Shown: piece by piece, positions 1 to 14,062 of the stretch
How the letters are laid out: every line of letters starts with the position of its first letter
Numbering within the stretch: the stretch's first letter is position 1
Origin: Mytilus trossulus
Taxonomy: Eukaryota
Direction of reading: 5' to 3'
Length of the DNA stretch: 64,000 bases
NCBI RefSeq assembly: GCF_036588685.1
Contig: NC_086377.1
Span: 20,212,001-20,276,000, forward strand
Program-made: the position numbers and the translations under genes
Notes under the pieces: generated by a model
The model's input: only the letters and a program-made list of their open reading frames with translations
Told to the model about the DNA's origin: nothing
Databases searched by the model: none

Positions 1-144
1 TAATTTTCATAAATTTCCAAATTACAAAACTTTGAATTTTTCGAAAAACTAAGGATTTTCTTATCCAAGGTAAAGATTACCTTAGCCGTATTTGGCACAA
101 CATTTTGGAATTTTGGATCCTTGATGCTTTTCATATTTGTACAT

Positions 145-200
145 GTTCACTGATGAGTCTATGAGGACGAAACGCGTGTCTGGCGTACTAAATTATAATC
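145..200 (+). ncRNA. Type I hammerhead ribozyme motif within a dispersed repeat (1-215)
   Basis: CTGATGA(150-156)-GTC-tatgag-GAC-GAAA-CGC-gtgtctg-GCG-TA(187): intact core, stems II and III, GUA cleavage triplet. Stem I not resolved by eye. Confidence 0.75.
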
Positions 201-467
201 CTGGTACCTTTGATAATTACTTTTATAGTGTGTACCATTTTATCTAGCTTTAAAATTGCAGTCAACATTTGAATTATTGGTAAACATATCTGCCTATGTC
301 TAGATTCCTTGAAATGTTCACTTTGGTAATACAAAGGAGCAAAAATGTATATGTAAACGAATTAATCACATTTAAATTTGTCGATACGTTATTTTCAGAC
401 AAAGGGAAAGTACAGTTATAATGAATAATTCCATGTTGAAGGACCCCGGCATTTTAAAAAATTTAGA

Positions 468-637
468 AAAGTAAAATCCCAAAAATACTGAACTCCGAGG
501 AAAACAGAAAGTCCCTAATCAAATAGCAATATCAAAAGCTCTAACACACCAAACCAATAAACAACAACTGTCATATTCCTGACTTGTTGCATGCCTTTTT
601 TGTGAAGAACCTTGTTTTATAGCTAGCTTAACCTCTA
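468..637 (+). repeat. Short dispersed repeat family (AAAATACTGAACTC..CATATTCCTGACTTG)
   Basis: Related copies at about 2870-3017, 19170-19318, 60440-60710 and, inverted, 28960-29105. Confidence 0.65.
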
Positions 638-1435
638 AGGTTTATATTTATTAACGTCATATTATTTTTTTTATAATTATGTTATGACATATAACATTAT
701 GATCTCTCGGTTTAATCCAAATAATGAGTATGAATCGCTCATCTGGATATAAACATAGATACCGAAAATGTAGTACTAGTGTTACGTTTTGCTCACTTGT
801 TCAATCGTAGGTAATTAATGAAATGAAATAAAAACAACTTAGGATCAAATTAATGACCAGTGAATAAATTAACAAAATTTAAAACCAGATATGGCAACAT
901 GTATTCCCAAATTTGATAAATTCTATTGTTTATTGGCTTTGATTTCGATTTTAAATTGTTTAAAGGCCGCCCGACATTATTTGCCTAATTTTACCAATTA
1001 TAATTTTCCTGTGCATATTGTGAAATAAAGTTTCTGGCTGTGTGATTTCTGAGAAAAAGTGTTGAAGGCTGTGCCCTTCCATTTTTAAAGGCTGTTGGGC
1101 TGTGTGTTTTCATTACACAAGGTGTTTGAGCCTTGTGTTTTCAGAGTACAAGGTTTTTACATTGTATTTTTTTCCGGATCATAAGGCTGTGCGCTGTTTG
1201 ATTTCAGAATGATAGGAAATTTGCTTGCATGCTTTCAGTGTAATAGGGTTCTGGGCTGTACGTGTTCTTCATAATATATTTTTGGTCTGTTTTATTTTGG
1301 AATAAATGTAATCTAGGCTGTGCGATACAAAAATTATTGGGTTTTAAAAGGAAACGTTCCAATTTTAAGTTTTTCAGAGAGATTAGAATACCTTTAGAAC
1401 TTAAAACATTGTGCCACTACAAAGCATCTATACAT

Positions 1436-2843
1436 CAATCTAACTCTCTTTCATCTTGTAACAGTATTAAAACATTTGACTTTTCTACTCTTTACACAAG
1501 TATTCCACATTCCAAACTAAAAGACAAATCAAAATAGTTGGTATTACTTTGCTTCATAAAAAAGAATGGCCAACGTACATACAAGTATCTTGTCTTAGGG
1601 AGGGATAAATCCTACTTTGTAAAGAATCACTCTGATTCTAACAAAAAATTCTCTGAAACCGATATTATCAAGATGCTTAATTTCTTGATTGACAACATAT
1701 TTGTTACGTTCGGAGGACGTGTTTTTCAACAGACTGTCGGCATCCCAATGGGAACAAACTGTGCCCCTCTACTTGCTGACCTTTTTCTTTATTATTATGA
1801 GGCTGACTTCATGCAGGAACTTCTTAGGAAGAAAGATAAGAAGTTAGCAATATCCTTTAAATCTACTTTCCGCTATATAGATGACGTTCTTTCACTCAAC
1901 AATTCAACATTTGTGACTATGTGGAACGCATCTATCCCATCGAATTGGAGATAAAGGATACTACAGATACAGTTATGTCGGCTTCATATCTTTACTTACA
2001 TCTAGAAATTGACAATGAGGGTCGGTTGAAGACAAAACTTTACGACAAAAGAGATGATTTGAGCTTTCCAATTGTGAACTTTCCATTTCTAAGTAGCAAC
2101 ATTCCAGCAGCACCTGCATACGAGGTATATATCTCCCAATTGATACGATATTCCCGTGCTTGCATTTCCTATCATGATTTTCTTGATAGAGGGTTACTGC
2201 TCACAAGGAAGCTATTAAACCAAGAGTTCCAAATGGTGAAGTTGAAATCATCCCTTCGTAAATTTTACGGACGCCATCACGAGTTGGTTGGCCGTTATTG
2301 AATAACGTTTTAATACTGTTACAAGATGAAAGAGAGTTAGATTGTATGTTCTCTAAAAGATCTTTGGAATTTTTAAGTATTCACATCTGATTCACGCCAC
2401 CCCTAAAATAGGCAGTTTCACAATAACTTTGAAGCCCGTCTTTGATTGCTGATAAAATAGATGTTAATAATTTAGAAAAGGGGTTTCGTGGAGCACTTGG
2501 AAGACCCAGCAATATACCGTTGTTTGTTATGACATTTATGTAGTTTAGGTATCCAATACAGTGATTGAAGATCCAGTTCTTCATCTTTGGTTGCAATACC
2601 AAAGGAACAAAGAACAGACCTATGATTATCCAGGATTTCCTCTTTGGTAAGTATCGTGAGGGTATATGTTGAGTTTCCAAGTGAATTGTCTATACCTAAT
2701 TCGTTTATCAAGCAATTAATGTAATGACTTTTACAGACAAAAACGATGTTATTTGGGCTTTTGTCTGCGGGGACAACAACATATTTATCATGGAGGTCGG
2801 ATAGGTGTTTAGCAACATTTGGGTCATTGCAGATTGACGACAT
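1436..2843. mobile_element. Penelope-like retroelement RT fragment, rearranged (1436-2301 on +, 2305-2843 on -)
   Basis: PLE RT motifs on +: KTFDFSTLYTSIPH, GIPMGTNCAP, FRYIDD, LYDKRDD..SNIP..YISQLIRYSRAC. Upstream RT motifs on -: VVVPADK, LYWIPKLHK..RYIAGS. Stops and frameshifts are present. Confidence 0.85.
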
Positions 2844-4064
2844 ACATTATGATTACAGTCTCCTGAAGGAAAGAAAGTAAAATAACAAAAATAGTAAACT
2901 CTTTCGAAAATTTGAAATGGCAAAATCAAAAGCTGAAAGGTAGGAAACGAATGTAGAACAGGCATTTAATTTTGTAAAAAAAGTTGCATTAAACGTGATT
3001 TTCTAGCTAGCTAAACATTTGTTGTCATTACCATGGTTAAAAGCAGTTAAGACACTCATAACGATTACAGTCGATCTCCTGCGAGGTAATTAATGGGGTT
3101 CATGACACGTTCCATCACATTAATGTAATGGTTTATTCATGCAATTGATTTAATTTTAAGATCAAACTTTTGTTCTTGAAAAAGTTTATTGACAGTCATT
3201 TCACAGTTTATAAACTAACATCAACATATATGAATAAGCTACTATTAGTTACTGGTTCTTATGTTCTAATGATTACCTTGTTCGATTAATCAATTTATAT
3301 TCACCTTGAAGATGAAATGTATTTATCAAAGTTGTACAAAATCGAACATGTAAACTGTTGTTTGTTTATAGTTAACACGTGTTTGGTTAATTATAGTAAG
3401 GTCGGTTAGATTGGGATATTGAGTTCATGCACGAGTGAACTCAGGTGGTTTAAAGTCATTCGAGCCATTGCAATCAAAGTGTACAGTAGCATTTTGCAAA
3501 ATAAATAATATTATTAATCATATTATTTATTTTCAGATTTGTGGACCACAAGTATGGGGAAACCAGTACAAGCTGCTTAATAGTTATATATTATATGAAC
3601 TTTCAACAATATTATACTCATATTATATTTATAATAAAATGTGCGCTTGTCTCTGCAAGTGGCGTCTCCCATGTAAGAGATTGTGGTTATTTGATACATA
3701 TTTTATATTCGTTTGAGTTTACGAATTAGAATTTAAAATAAGATATTCGCCATTTGATATTGAGCAATCCGTTATGTATAACATATCTTTTCGTCATATT
3801 TATAAAAATCAACAAACCACTTGTGACTTTAATGATTTTGTTTATAATAATTTTATTACCTTATATACTCAAAAAGGATAAGACACAAGTCAATCACACT
3901 TATATTATCTTCTCCCATGATTTTATTTTACCATCGTAACACGTGTTTAACTGTTTGAGTGAACAGACAAAGGCACCAGTATTATACCGCTTTTCGAAAG
4001 ACATAAAGTTGAAACGATGAAGAAAATTTAAACACAGTGTACTAATTGTCATAACATATTTTAC

Positions 4065-4541
4065 CTTGGCTAACATAGAGGAAGTAGGATATTCCATAAC
4101 AGACCACACTCTCGCTTGTACAGACCTCCATCCGTTCCCGCCGGCCATCGTCGCTACTATTTCAAACATAGTATTTCTTTTGCATTCCCCTTCCTCTAAA
4201 ACAGTTAAAACTTGTAGGTTATCAAAGTATGAAATATATTTAGTGAAGCAACACGATTCTAATTCAGTTTCTGGTAATCCCCAAAATTCCAGTTCTTCGT
4301 TAAATTTCTGTGGACATATGTCTTCTGGCATGTGTAGTTTTCCACCATTTAAATAATCAAATATATTGTTTGTAGACGTTGTGTGTCTGTTGATTTGAAA
4401 GTCCATACATTTAGAATCATCCTTAATTGTTGCTAAGATATGATCTGCGGCATCTGAGTTAGTTTCACGAATTCTTTTTAATAGTTGATCTGAAAATTCG
4501 TGTTTTATTCCTCTATTTGAAATACAACGTCCTCCTGCCAT
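4065..4541 (-). CDS. Voltage-gated K+ channel (Kv3/Shaw-like), coding exon 1 (T1 domain), paralog 1; exon 2 not in the window
   Basis: 159 codons ending ..EYPTSSMLAK with a GT donor at 4064. Contains the T1 zinc motif HX5CX20CC (HMPEDIC..EELEFWG..SCC). Closely similar to 47955-48431. Confidence 0.85.
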
Positions 4542-5984
4542 AATTTACTGCAATTTCTTTCGCAATCTATATCTAACTTAATAAATGAACGAACGAATTA
4601 TCTTTTTTTTTTTGAGTTTTTGATCTGAATTGTCATATAATTTCGCAGTTCGGTGAGTTAATGCCATTACATTCAATTTTCGTCTAATTGATGTAAGAAA
4701 CGCTCATCCATTTCCGACAGTGGCAATATTCTAAGACATCAATTTATAAGTTACGAATCAAGTAATTAATCTGTAACAAGTTATTAACCTCCATCTCGAT
4801 AATATAGAACTAAGGTGAAATGGGTTGATTGTCAAAGAAACAATTATAAGACTTTAAACATTTATCAATGTACAGCATACAGCACATTCGAAGTAACAAC
4901 ATTCAGTGTACAAGTATAAATAATGCAGTAACTTAAATGTTGTACATACATGCATGGGCATTTAGAAGTATTGATTCATCTTAAATATTTATATTTCTCA
5001 AGGACTCTCTACTAAAATTTGCTTTAATTGATGATTATTAATATTTGATACATTTGAATATCTTTTCGAGAAGCACGCCAGTTTTAATTATGAGCTATTT
5101 TAATTGAGTAAGAAATTCAGATATTACATAGACGTCATCGATATTGAACATTTTACAATGTATATTGTTGTATCTTATACTTATAAGCATGTTTTCGGAA
5201 TACTTTTTCATAAAAAAACAAATTACCAATTGGCAATTATTTACCTGAACTCAATCGTCACAGTTTGCTGAGTTAGTCATTTTACAGACTGAGACCCCTC
5301 TTATTGATATGAGAATCGTATCTGATGTATATGGAATAATCTAAGATAGCAATATGTTAGTAATTATATAACACTACTTATTAATTTCCATTTATAAGAA
5401 GCAAATACCATACAAACATAAGGAATTGTGATATGTTTGCCTATGGAACAATATACTATACATATGTATAAATGAACAAAGGACAACTTGTTCATCGTAA
5501 CAATGCAATTTAAAAGTTTAAATGATGCAATACCTGAAACAACTTTCTGAGCACTGCGGACAACGAAATCTTTGTGCATGGGGAATTAAGAAGTAATGAT
5601 TTAACTGGGATAGGTTAGGTCTGTAAGGACACCTAATAATGATTGTTGTCATGAATATTTGATACATCCAAATAGCATTTAAAGTAGCATCGACAGCATT
5701 GAAATGGTTGTATTTAAATAATTAAGCCTTTAATCTCAAGTAGACAAATATCATATGGAGATAGCTTTTGTGGAAAAATGAACAACGCGTTTTGTTTTAT
5801 ATTAAATTTATAAACAGCTTTATGGCATGTGTGTTTTTTCTTTAATTTTTTATACATATAATCGGAACGTTTGTAGTTGTATTAAAATGCTATAATTTAG
5901 AGTTTTTTAATTTGAAAAATCTATAAAGTGATAATTATATATCTTAATTGCAATGGATCGATACCGTTGCTTTAGTACTTACTA

Positions 5985-8900
5985 AATAATAATAATTCTT
6001 TATTCCTTAAGCAAATATACAGCTCATAGGATTAAATACATACACAAATTATACAGTTTACATAAACATATACATAAACATATACAGCATTAATATATAG
6101 CGGAGTTTGGCATACAATTTACATTGGTAATAAAGGTAAAAAATAAAAATCAAGTGTTACGAATTTTCTCTGCCTCGTACAGGTGTTTACCCAGATTATT
6201 TAATTTTTTGATATTTCTTACAGATAGTAATTGAACTTATTTGAAGGTAGATGGGTTTTTGTAATAATATATCTTAATATATTTACTTCTGACATTTACA
6301 TATTTATCACACTCTAATATAAAATGATATTCTTTTCGATTATTTTCTTATTACACATATTACAAACACGCTCATTTCTGGAAATATTAAAGTATATTCC
6401 AGTTTCTACATTAAGTGAATGTGAATTGATTCTATATTTAGTTACATATGACTGATATAAACTGTTCTATGGTCGATTCAAATTAAATTGCAAAGTATGT
6501 CCTTCATGTATATATTGATATAAATAACATTTTGAAGTGTTTTCAAAAAATGACAAGGCCTCGGCTATATAATTATCAACAATTCTTTTTTTAAATTCAT
6601 GCAAAAATAATTGACTATTTCCAACACTTTGTGCTAACCATATATTATTAAATCCATACCTGTTTAGTATGTCTCTTATTTTACAACTCCAATTGAGTTT
6701 ATCATTCGGTTTGACAAAACTAGATTCGTACATATCTTCATAAATACTATTCAATATACAATTATTAGATTCTAATAACGTCAACCAATAACGTACTATT
6801 CTTACATATCTATTAACATACAATGGTAAACACCCAAGTTCAAAATACACCATATGGTTCACAGTCGTTTTTCTCACTTTCAAAATTCTTTTTAAATAAT
6901 ACAAATGAAGCGTTTCTATATCAGTTCACTTATGGAAACCCCATATTTCACAACCATATTTCACAATACTTGTTACATATGTATCAAAAAGGGACATCAA
7001 AGTCTCAGTGTTATAACAATCATCATAAATCTTACTCAATAAACAAAATGTAGCCTTTCTACCCTGTTTAGATAGTGTTTTCTGTGTTACAGTAAAAGTA
7101 CCATTATAGTTTAATAAGAAACCAAGATATACAAACTGATCACACATTTCTATCATTTTACCATTCAAATACCATTGTTCGTTCTCTTTCAGTACACCTT
7201 TTTTACGAAAAACAAATATTTTGGTTTTTCTTAAATTAATATCAAGACCATTCTTTAATGAACTATCATATACAGTCACTATCATTTTTTGTAAATCAGA
7301 AATACTTTCGCTGAAGAGAACTGTATCATCAGCATACATAAAAAGATAAAGATTTAACAATTTTACTTCATATGGTTCTATTCCTTGTTTAATTAACTCA
7401 ATTTCTATGTCATTTACATAAATTGCATATAAAAATGGTGATAATGATTCGCCTTGCATTAGGCCAACATTACAATGAATGAAATCTGAAAATTCACCAT
7501 CTAATTTAACACAAGTTTTTAACATAGAATACATTGATTTAATAAGATTCAGTAAATTTCCACTTATACCGCATTTCAACATTTTTTGCCATAAAACATA
7601 ATGTGACACTGTCGAAAGCTTTGACAAAATCAATGAAACAACAATAGAGACGCTTTCCTTTACGTTAACTTTTGATGCAATAGAATGAAGGGAAAAAATC
7701 GCGTCGTGTGTACCATATCCAGGGACAAATCCAAATAGCGCATCAGTCAATATACTGTATTCTTTGCACCACTTCAATAGTCTTGTATTAATGACAAAGG
7801 TAAACAATTTCCCAAAATGAGACACAAGCGAAATTCCTCTGTAATTTCCTGTATCATCAACTTGACCTTTTTTAAATAGCGGAACTAAAACACTCTTGAC
7901 CAATATTTCTGGAAACCAACCGGTAATAAGTATTACGTTAAAAAGTTTACATAACTGTGGCAGTAGGACTAATTTACACTCCTTCAAAAATTCATTTAAT
8001 AGATTGTCATAGCCTGTTGCTTTTTCAGCTTTCAATTTTTTAACGCAAACATCAATTTCTTGCTCCGTAAAAGGTCGGTCCATTTCTTCGTAAATGACTT
8101 CATTGTTGACTTCTACTTCCGGTCCATCGTCAATTTCTTCTTTAGAAACTAAGTTTTTAAAATGAGTCACAAAATCGTTTAATTTTATGTTGCTTTGTTT
8201 GGCCTTTTTTCGTTTCCTGAATTTTCGATAAAAGTACTTTGGATTCGTTTTCTCATAGAACTCAACATGTTTCCTCTCTGTTTTTTATATCGTCTTTTTA
8301 AACTATTCTCACGTCGTTTAAATCTTTGTTTCGCAAGATTTAAAATTAGTCTGTTTTCTTCAACAATCATTTTGGCTAAATTGTTTCAATGAGCGTTTAT
8401 ATTCAATATATACAATTATTTGCAGTCATCAGTTATCCATGGTTTATCTTGTCGTATATTTATAGGTTTATAAGTTCGCTTTAAGCTGTTACAATAATCA
8501 CATTTTAAAACTTTAGTCACTTCTGTTTTTGTATATTTATTGACAATATCTGAGAGACACGAATTAATATTGTTCACAATTTGGTCGATATTCCTTGGCT
8601 CGTCGGATAAACTATTCATCAGTTCATTAACTTTATCGGAATTTGCCGCAAGGTCCCTTTGAACGTCATCTTTAAACCCTTCATTCCATTTATAACAATC
8701 ATATTTAACAGTTTTACAAGTACATATTTCATTTAAAGTTAATCCTTTAAGTTTAAAAACAACTTTTATCGGTGCATGACATGAAAAAGTAGTAAAATCA
8801 CCAATGACAAAATCATTAACAATGGAAAAAGAATCATACGATAAAAGCAAATAATCAATTATGCTACATCCATTCTTATTTTGAAATGTAAAAGTTTCAC

Positions 8901-10940
8901 TTTTTTTTCCAAAACGACCATCACATACTCTTATACCAGAAGATTTACATAAGTTCAAAATTTTACGACCAAACGAATTAGCCGGCATTATGTCCTCTGT
9001 TGTTCTTTTACTTGGTAGATCAGGTTCATAATTAAGTAAATCAGTGTTATTGCAGTCAAATACATTTAAATTGTCTTGCATTATGAAGTCATTTTCTAAA
9101 CCTATTCTTCCGTTGAGATCACCAATCACTGCAATGTTACCCAATACACTATAATGTTCTATTTGTTCCTGCAAAACATCAAGGACATCTAAGTCATACT
9201 TTCGGTAAAACACATTATTATCAGGGGGCATATATATAGCACACAGATACAAATCTTTACTATCAAACATAATAACATTGCTTATTTTTAACCATATCAT
9301 ACTATTAGCACAACAATGCAATACCTCAATATACGGATTTAACCACTTTCTATAGAAAACAATTACTCCTCCTCCGTTGCACTTTTCCCTATAAACAAAC
9401 TTTTTATCATAACCATTTAATTCGAATTCCGTCGGGCATTTGACCCAGCACTCATTAAAGCATACGATATCACAATTTGTTATTTCCATTAAAAATTCTT
9501 TGTCTGTTAGTTTCCGTAACAGACCTTTATATATATTCCATGAGCACACATTTAATGAACATTTATTACACTTATCACTTTCAGCAGTAGTACAGCCATT
9601 CTCGGCAAACTCCTATTCCTGCCACAACTTTCCTTCAACGAACAATTTATCCCCTACTAGATATGCCTCTTTATTTTCTTTACGTTTTTCCTTCATCACT
9701 GGTATCATTTTGTTTCGTTTTAATAACACCTCTGTCGGGTACTGAGGACTAATCCCAAATTTTGTCTGTCTTAAGCGACCCGAAGCTTTTCGTACCGTTT
9801 CTCGATCACCGAATTCAGAAAACTTCGGGTTTCTGGCATTCGTCTTTTTCCTACCAAGTCTATAGGCTTTTTCGAGTTTTATGCACTTTTTAGTGTCTTT
9901 AATGTTCAACCTTTGCTCGAGAAAATCTGTAATAATGTTCATGCTATTTTCTGGTTCTTTTTTTTTGCGCCGCATTCGCCTCCTCGTGATCACCCTGTGC
10001 CCCGTTTATTCCGGTATCCATTTCAGCAACTTCACTTTGTTCATCGATAGCAACGAATAGAAGGTTATTGCTGAAGTTTTGTTTTTCAACGTCGACAAGT
10101 CTATTTTTCACATTTAAGTTAACTGTAACTGGTAACTGTTTTTGAGGTTTCTATGCTTTCAGACACCTTTTCAAGTTTCTTTTTAATAGCTTGGTGTTCA
10201 TCCGTTATATCGGACATGAATTGGACACTATGTTCAAGCGTGCTTATTCTGTCCTTGCAAGCTTTCACATCAACATCAACAGCACTAAATTTCGATTCGT
10301 ATTTGTTTAATCGCTCTTCAATAGAGTCTAAGTTGTTTAGTTTTGTTTCCATCGAATCAACTTTTTTACATAGTTCATTTAGTATCCTCTCAATTCCGTT
10401 TGTTGCTATATGAAACGGCAGGGGTGGGGGTGGCGGTGGTGGACTGGGGTATTGTTGAAACTGATAGGGCTGGCCATGGTACTGGAAATTTGGTGGACTT
10501 GATTGAATGGGTGTGTATTGACTAAATCCCTGATTAATCGAATTGTTCATGTGTGTATTTTGATTGTAATTAATAGTAGGTGAGTTGTTGTAAAGACACA
10601 AGAAGGCCTCGCTTAGTGTATCTGTTAATAATACCTTGTTTTCGTCACCCTTTATGTCATCTGAACACTTTTTCTTCTTTCCTTTTGTTAACAAAGAACT
10701 GTCACTTGTCGAGCCTTCAGATGAATTATTTCCTTTAGCCTTTTCCCTCTTTCGTTTTTTGTCCTTTTTATCCTTTTTGTCCTTTTTATTTTTTTTGTCA
10801 GTCTTTTTGGGCATTACTAATCACACATTTAAATCCAATACAGATTTACTAATGCTGCATATTCACAAGTTTTACGCATTTTAATATCATAATTTAAGAA
10901 CGAAAATTTTCACTACCATTCAAACTGGCGCATGCGTATA
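5985..10940 (-). mobile_element. Near-full-length decayed LINE (CR1/L2-group-like): ORF1, APE endonuclease, RT
   Basis: ORF1 pieces 10814-10119 and 9993-9613. APE 9549-8416 (SWNI, NECW, GDLNGR, IDYLL, SCHAP). RT 8170-6926 (NYRGISL, QGESLSP, YADD). C-terminal pieces down to about 6150. 3' AATAAA followed by an (ATT)n tail near 5985-6003. Several frameshifts; clade assignment is tentative. Confidence 0.9.
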
Positions 10941-13900
10941 TAATACTACCCACTACTTATACGACATAAAATACTTTCTTATATTGCCCGTTGATTTTGA
11001 ACTTTAAAAATAAGGCAAGATATATATTATAAGACCAAACAGTAAACACACTTGAAAACTAAGGTTGAGATTAAGATTGCGAACGGGAGTGTGTAAATCG
11101 GATAAAACCCGCGTTTTGCATCGGTGTATAATATAATATAGTATTTGGAACGGAGATTTTAATATGTATCTAGAAAATAAATGTTTTTAATTTCCGATGC
11201 ATTTTTTAGACATCATTTTAATATAATAAATCTTGAAAGAAACATCTTTTTTTTTAGCATTTCCCCCATATCAGGGTGATAGTGTTAAGGTTCGATTTAA
11301 GTGAAAAAATGTGACCACTGAAGTCGATGTAAGATTCATGAAACATACGTTTTTTTTCGAGCATCTTCACGAGTTGGTTGACTAATTTCACTGTTTATTT
11401 ATGTATCCACAGCAGGAGACACATACCCTGTTTAGTGATCCTTAATCTTTCCTTGTTGGGGTTCATGCCTTCCCGTTCGATTTTTAATACTTCAATGATA
11501 TGTCTATCTTAATTATTGATTTATTTGATTTGAACATGGATAATCTAGCTTAATGATCGTCTAAGTTTCTCAGTTGAGATGTTAAGATTGGTATGGGTCG
11601 AGGGATGATACCAGGAACAATATAGAAAAGGGCTATTTATAATCTTTTTATCACATATTTAAGTTCTGCAGAAAAGAGAAAAAATGTTAATTATAACAAT
11701 TTAATAAAACATGAAAGGTAAAATCTTAAACATTTTATCACAAACGTGTCGTTAGGATGCAATGCCGTCACGTCATTTTGAACCAGGGCACAATATCATA
11801 GTACTTTGTTTTGCCCCTGGCGATTTTGAGGTTATAACATGTGCAAAACCTAAGGTATTCATAACAAATATGTGATAATTAATCTTCTTAACCATTTCGA
11901 TAGAAGTGGATAGAACTGGACTATTAATTTAGTATTATGTTGTAATGTCAGATTTATGTACTCTGTTTAAATGCAAAAGTTCAAACTAATATAGCGATAA
12001 TGCATTTCTGAATAGTATAAATTGAAAGACAGTAACTCTATTGTAATTATTTAATGAAATATATTAAGTATAACAAAAAAACGAAAATGATAAAATAAGT
12101 AATTATGGTATCAATAATCAACAAAAAAAGATTTCAAACTTTAACTTATTTGAAAATAAGAATACAATGTTTAAATGCATTGATCCAAAGATATCGATGA
12201 AAGCATATCTTTTGTATTGAGATGGTTTTTAAACCCTAATAAATATACACAGATATTTTTAAAAATACCTTTATCAAATAATAGACTGAAGATTGGTATT
12301 GATTGGTATACAATGAATAATATTTTATAAAAAGAAAGTACGATACAAGTTAATGTAAATGGAGGATAACGAACATGAGGTATTGTAAATACAAAAGTTG
12401 TCGTAAGGTTAAAAATGTTAAAATCTCGTAATTTTTTTTCAAAATTTGATGTCATATGAATTACTAGTAACAAATATCCGAAAAATAATATCTGTTGAAG
12501 GATACTATTGCGTTTGGTTTTCAACTTAATGAAAAACATCAATCCTACAAATACACGAAACTGATCATTGATTTTTGTTTTACTGTCTGTGAAAAAAAGT
12601 CAGGTTTTGTCTTTACTAAAGACGATTGTTAGAGCATGTAAATCTTAATATAAGATATGATATGGCAAATGATTTGTAATTGGATGGCAAAATGTCTTTC
12701 TGGTTTTGTTTATATTCTTGTTGTTGTTTTAGTTGTTGAAGTTCATACAAGTCTCGTTTATTCTATAATTATTCTAAATATCTAGTTAAACAAGATTTAT
12801 CAAACAGTATTATTACTTCCTTGTTTATTTATATCACAAACAACGTAGATATGGAAACTAATCTAGTCCCAACTCATCAGCGGGAAGAACATTTTTGCGT
12901 CTGCACGTCCTTAGCGAAATTTGGCACATCTCGGCGTATTTTTGTAATTTGGAGAATTTGAAGCCTTTTATTCATGTATTTCATCAAGTCTGTTCAATCT
13001 TAAAAGTATTAAATTAATATATGGACGAATACGCTACGGATTAAGCGAGAAGCTATATAAACTGATATCACAAAGAGGAACTTAGAAAGAATAGCAAAAC
13101 TTTTATACTTTTAATAAAATATGGTAAACTACAAGCCACGGCAGTATACAGCTATAACTAGCTACCTTATAGTACATATCATTTCACCGGCAGTAAGAGA
13201 AATAATAAAAAAAAAAATATTTTGAAGATTTCAATAAGCCATGTTTAGCATGCATAATATTGGTATAGTAACAATAGAATTAAACACATTTTGTAGAGAG
13301 GCGATTGGTGTGTTAAATGGGCCGTTAATCACACCAACTTAGTAAAAAGTCCGTTAATACGCCAAGTTCAATCATGGAATTTTCCAACTTTATCTTATAT
13401 TAATATAAAAAAAATTCATTCACTAATATATTATTAATATTCTTTTGCATCTGAAACAGAAATAAAAAGAGTTTTTGAAGCCTGAATTTGTTTGGAACCA
13501 CGGGATCTCACATTTGTTTGTCTGTGTGTCGTGCATGAATAGATAACGGTGAATTTGACCTTAATGAAAAATATGTGAATAATATTTTAACGGAACAATT
13601 TGATTGAACTAAAAGTAGGAATGCATTAAATTAGATATATAAATTTAATTTGCAAAAATATTTTAACTCCCTAGAACAGGATATATGAATTGACGTCAAT
13701 AAAACTTATAATACGCTATCTTCAGTATAATTGTTAATTACATTTGTTTTTCTTTTAAAGAATGGCGATGTTGACAACACATTCTGAAATACGTTTTTTT
13801 AGATTTAGTATCGATAGGAAAGACCGTACGTCGTTTTTGGTTTTCCATTATTCTTTTTTATTCTCGGTGATGTACTGTATAACCAACAACTCATTCCATT

Positions 13901-14062
13901 CCTTGTCTCATTGCAATGTGATGAGCGAAAGTAAAATCTTCAATATTATGAATTTGGTTTTTTCTTTTCAATATATGAATGCATGTATTCACACTATTAT
14001 AAACATATGTTTTTCGAAATGTTTATTCGACGAGAGATAATTTTTGTTTTTACCTTCAATAG

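Noticed and set aside
3900-4064. C-terminal extensions of the Kv exon-1 ORFs (also 48432-48461 and 63721-63810)
   Set aside because: Intron read-through past a GT donor conserved in all three paralogs.
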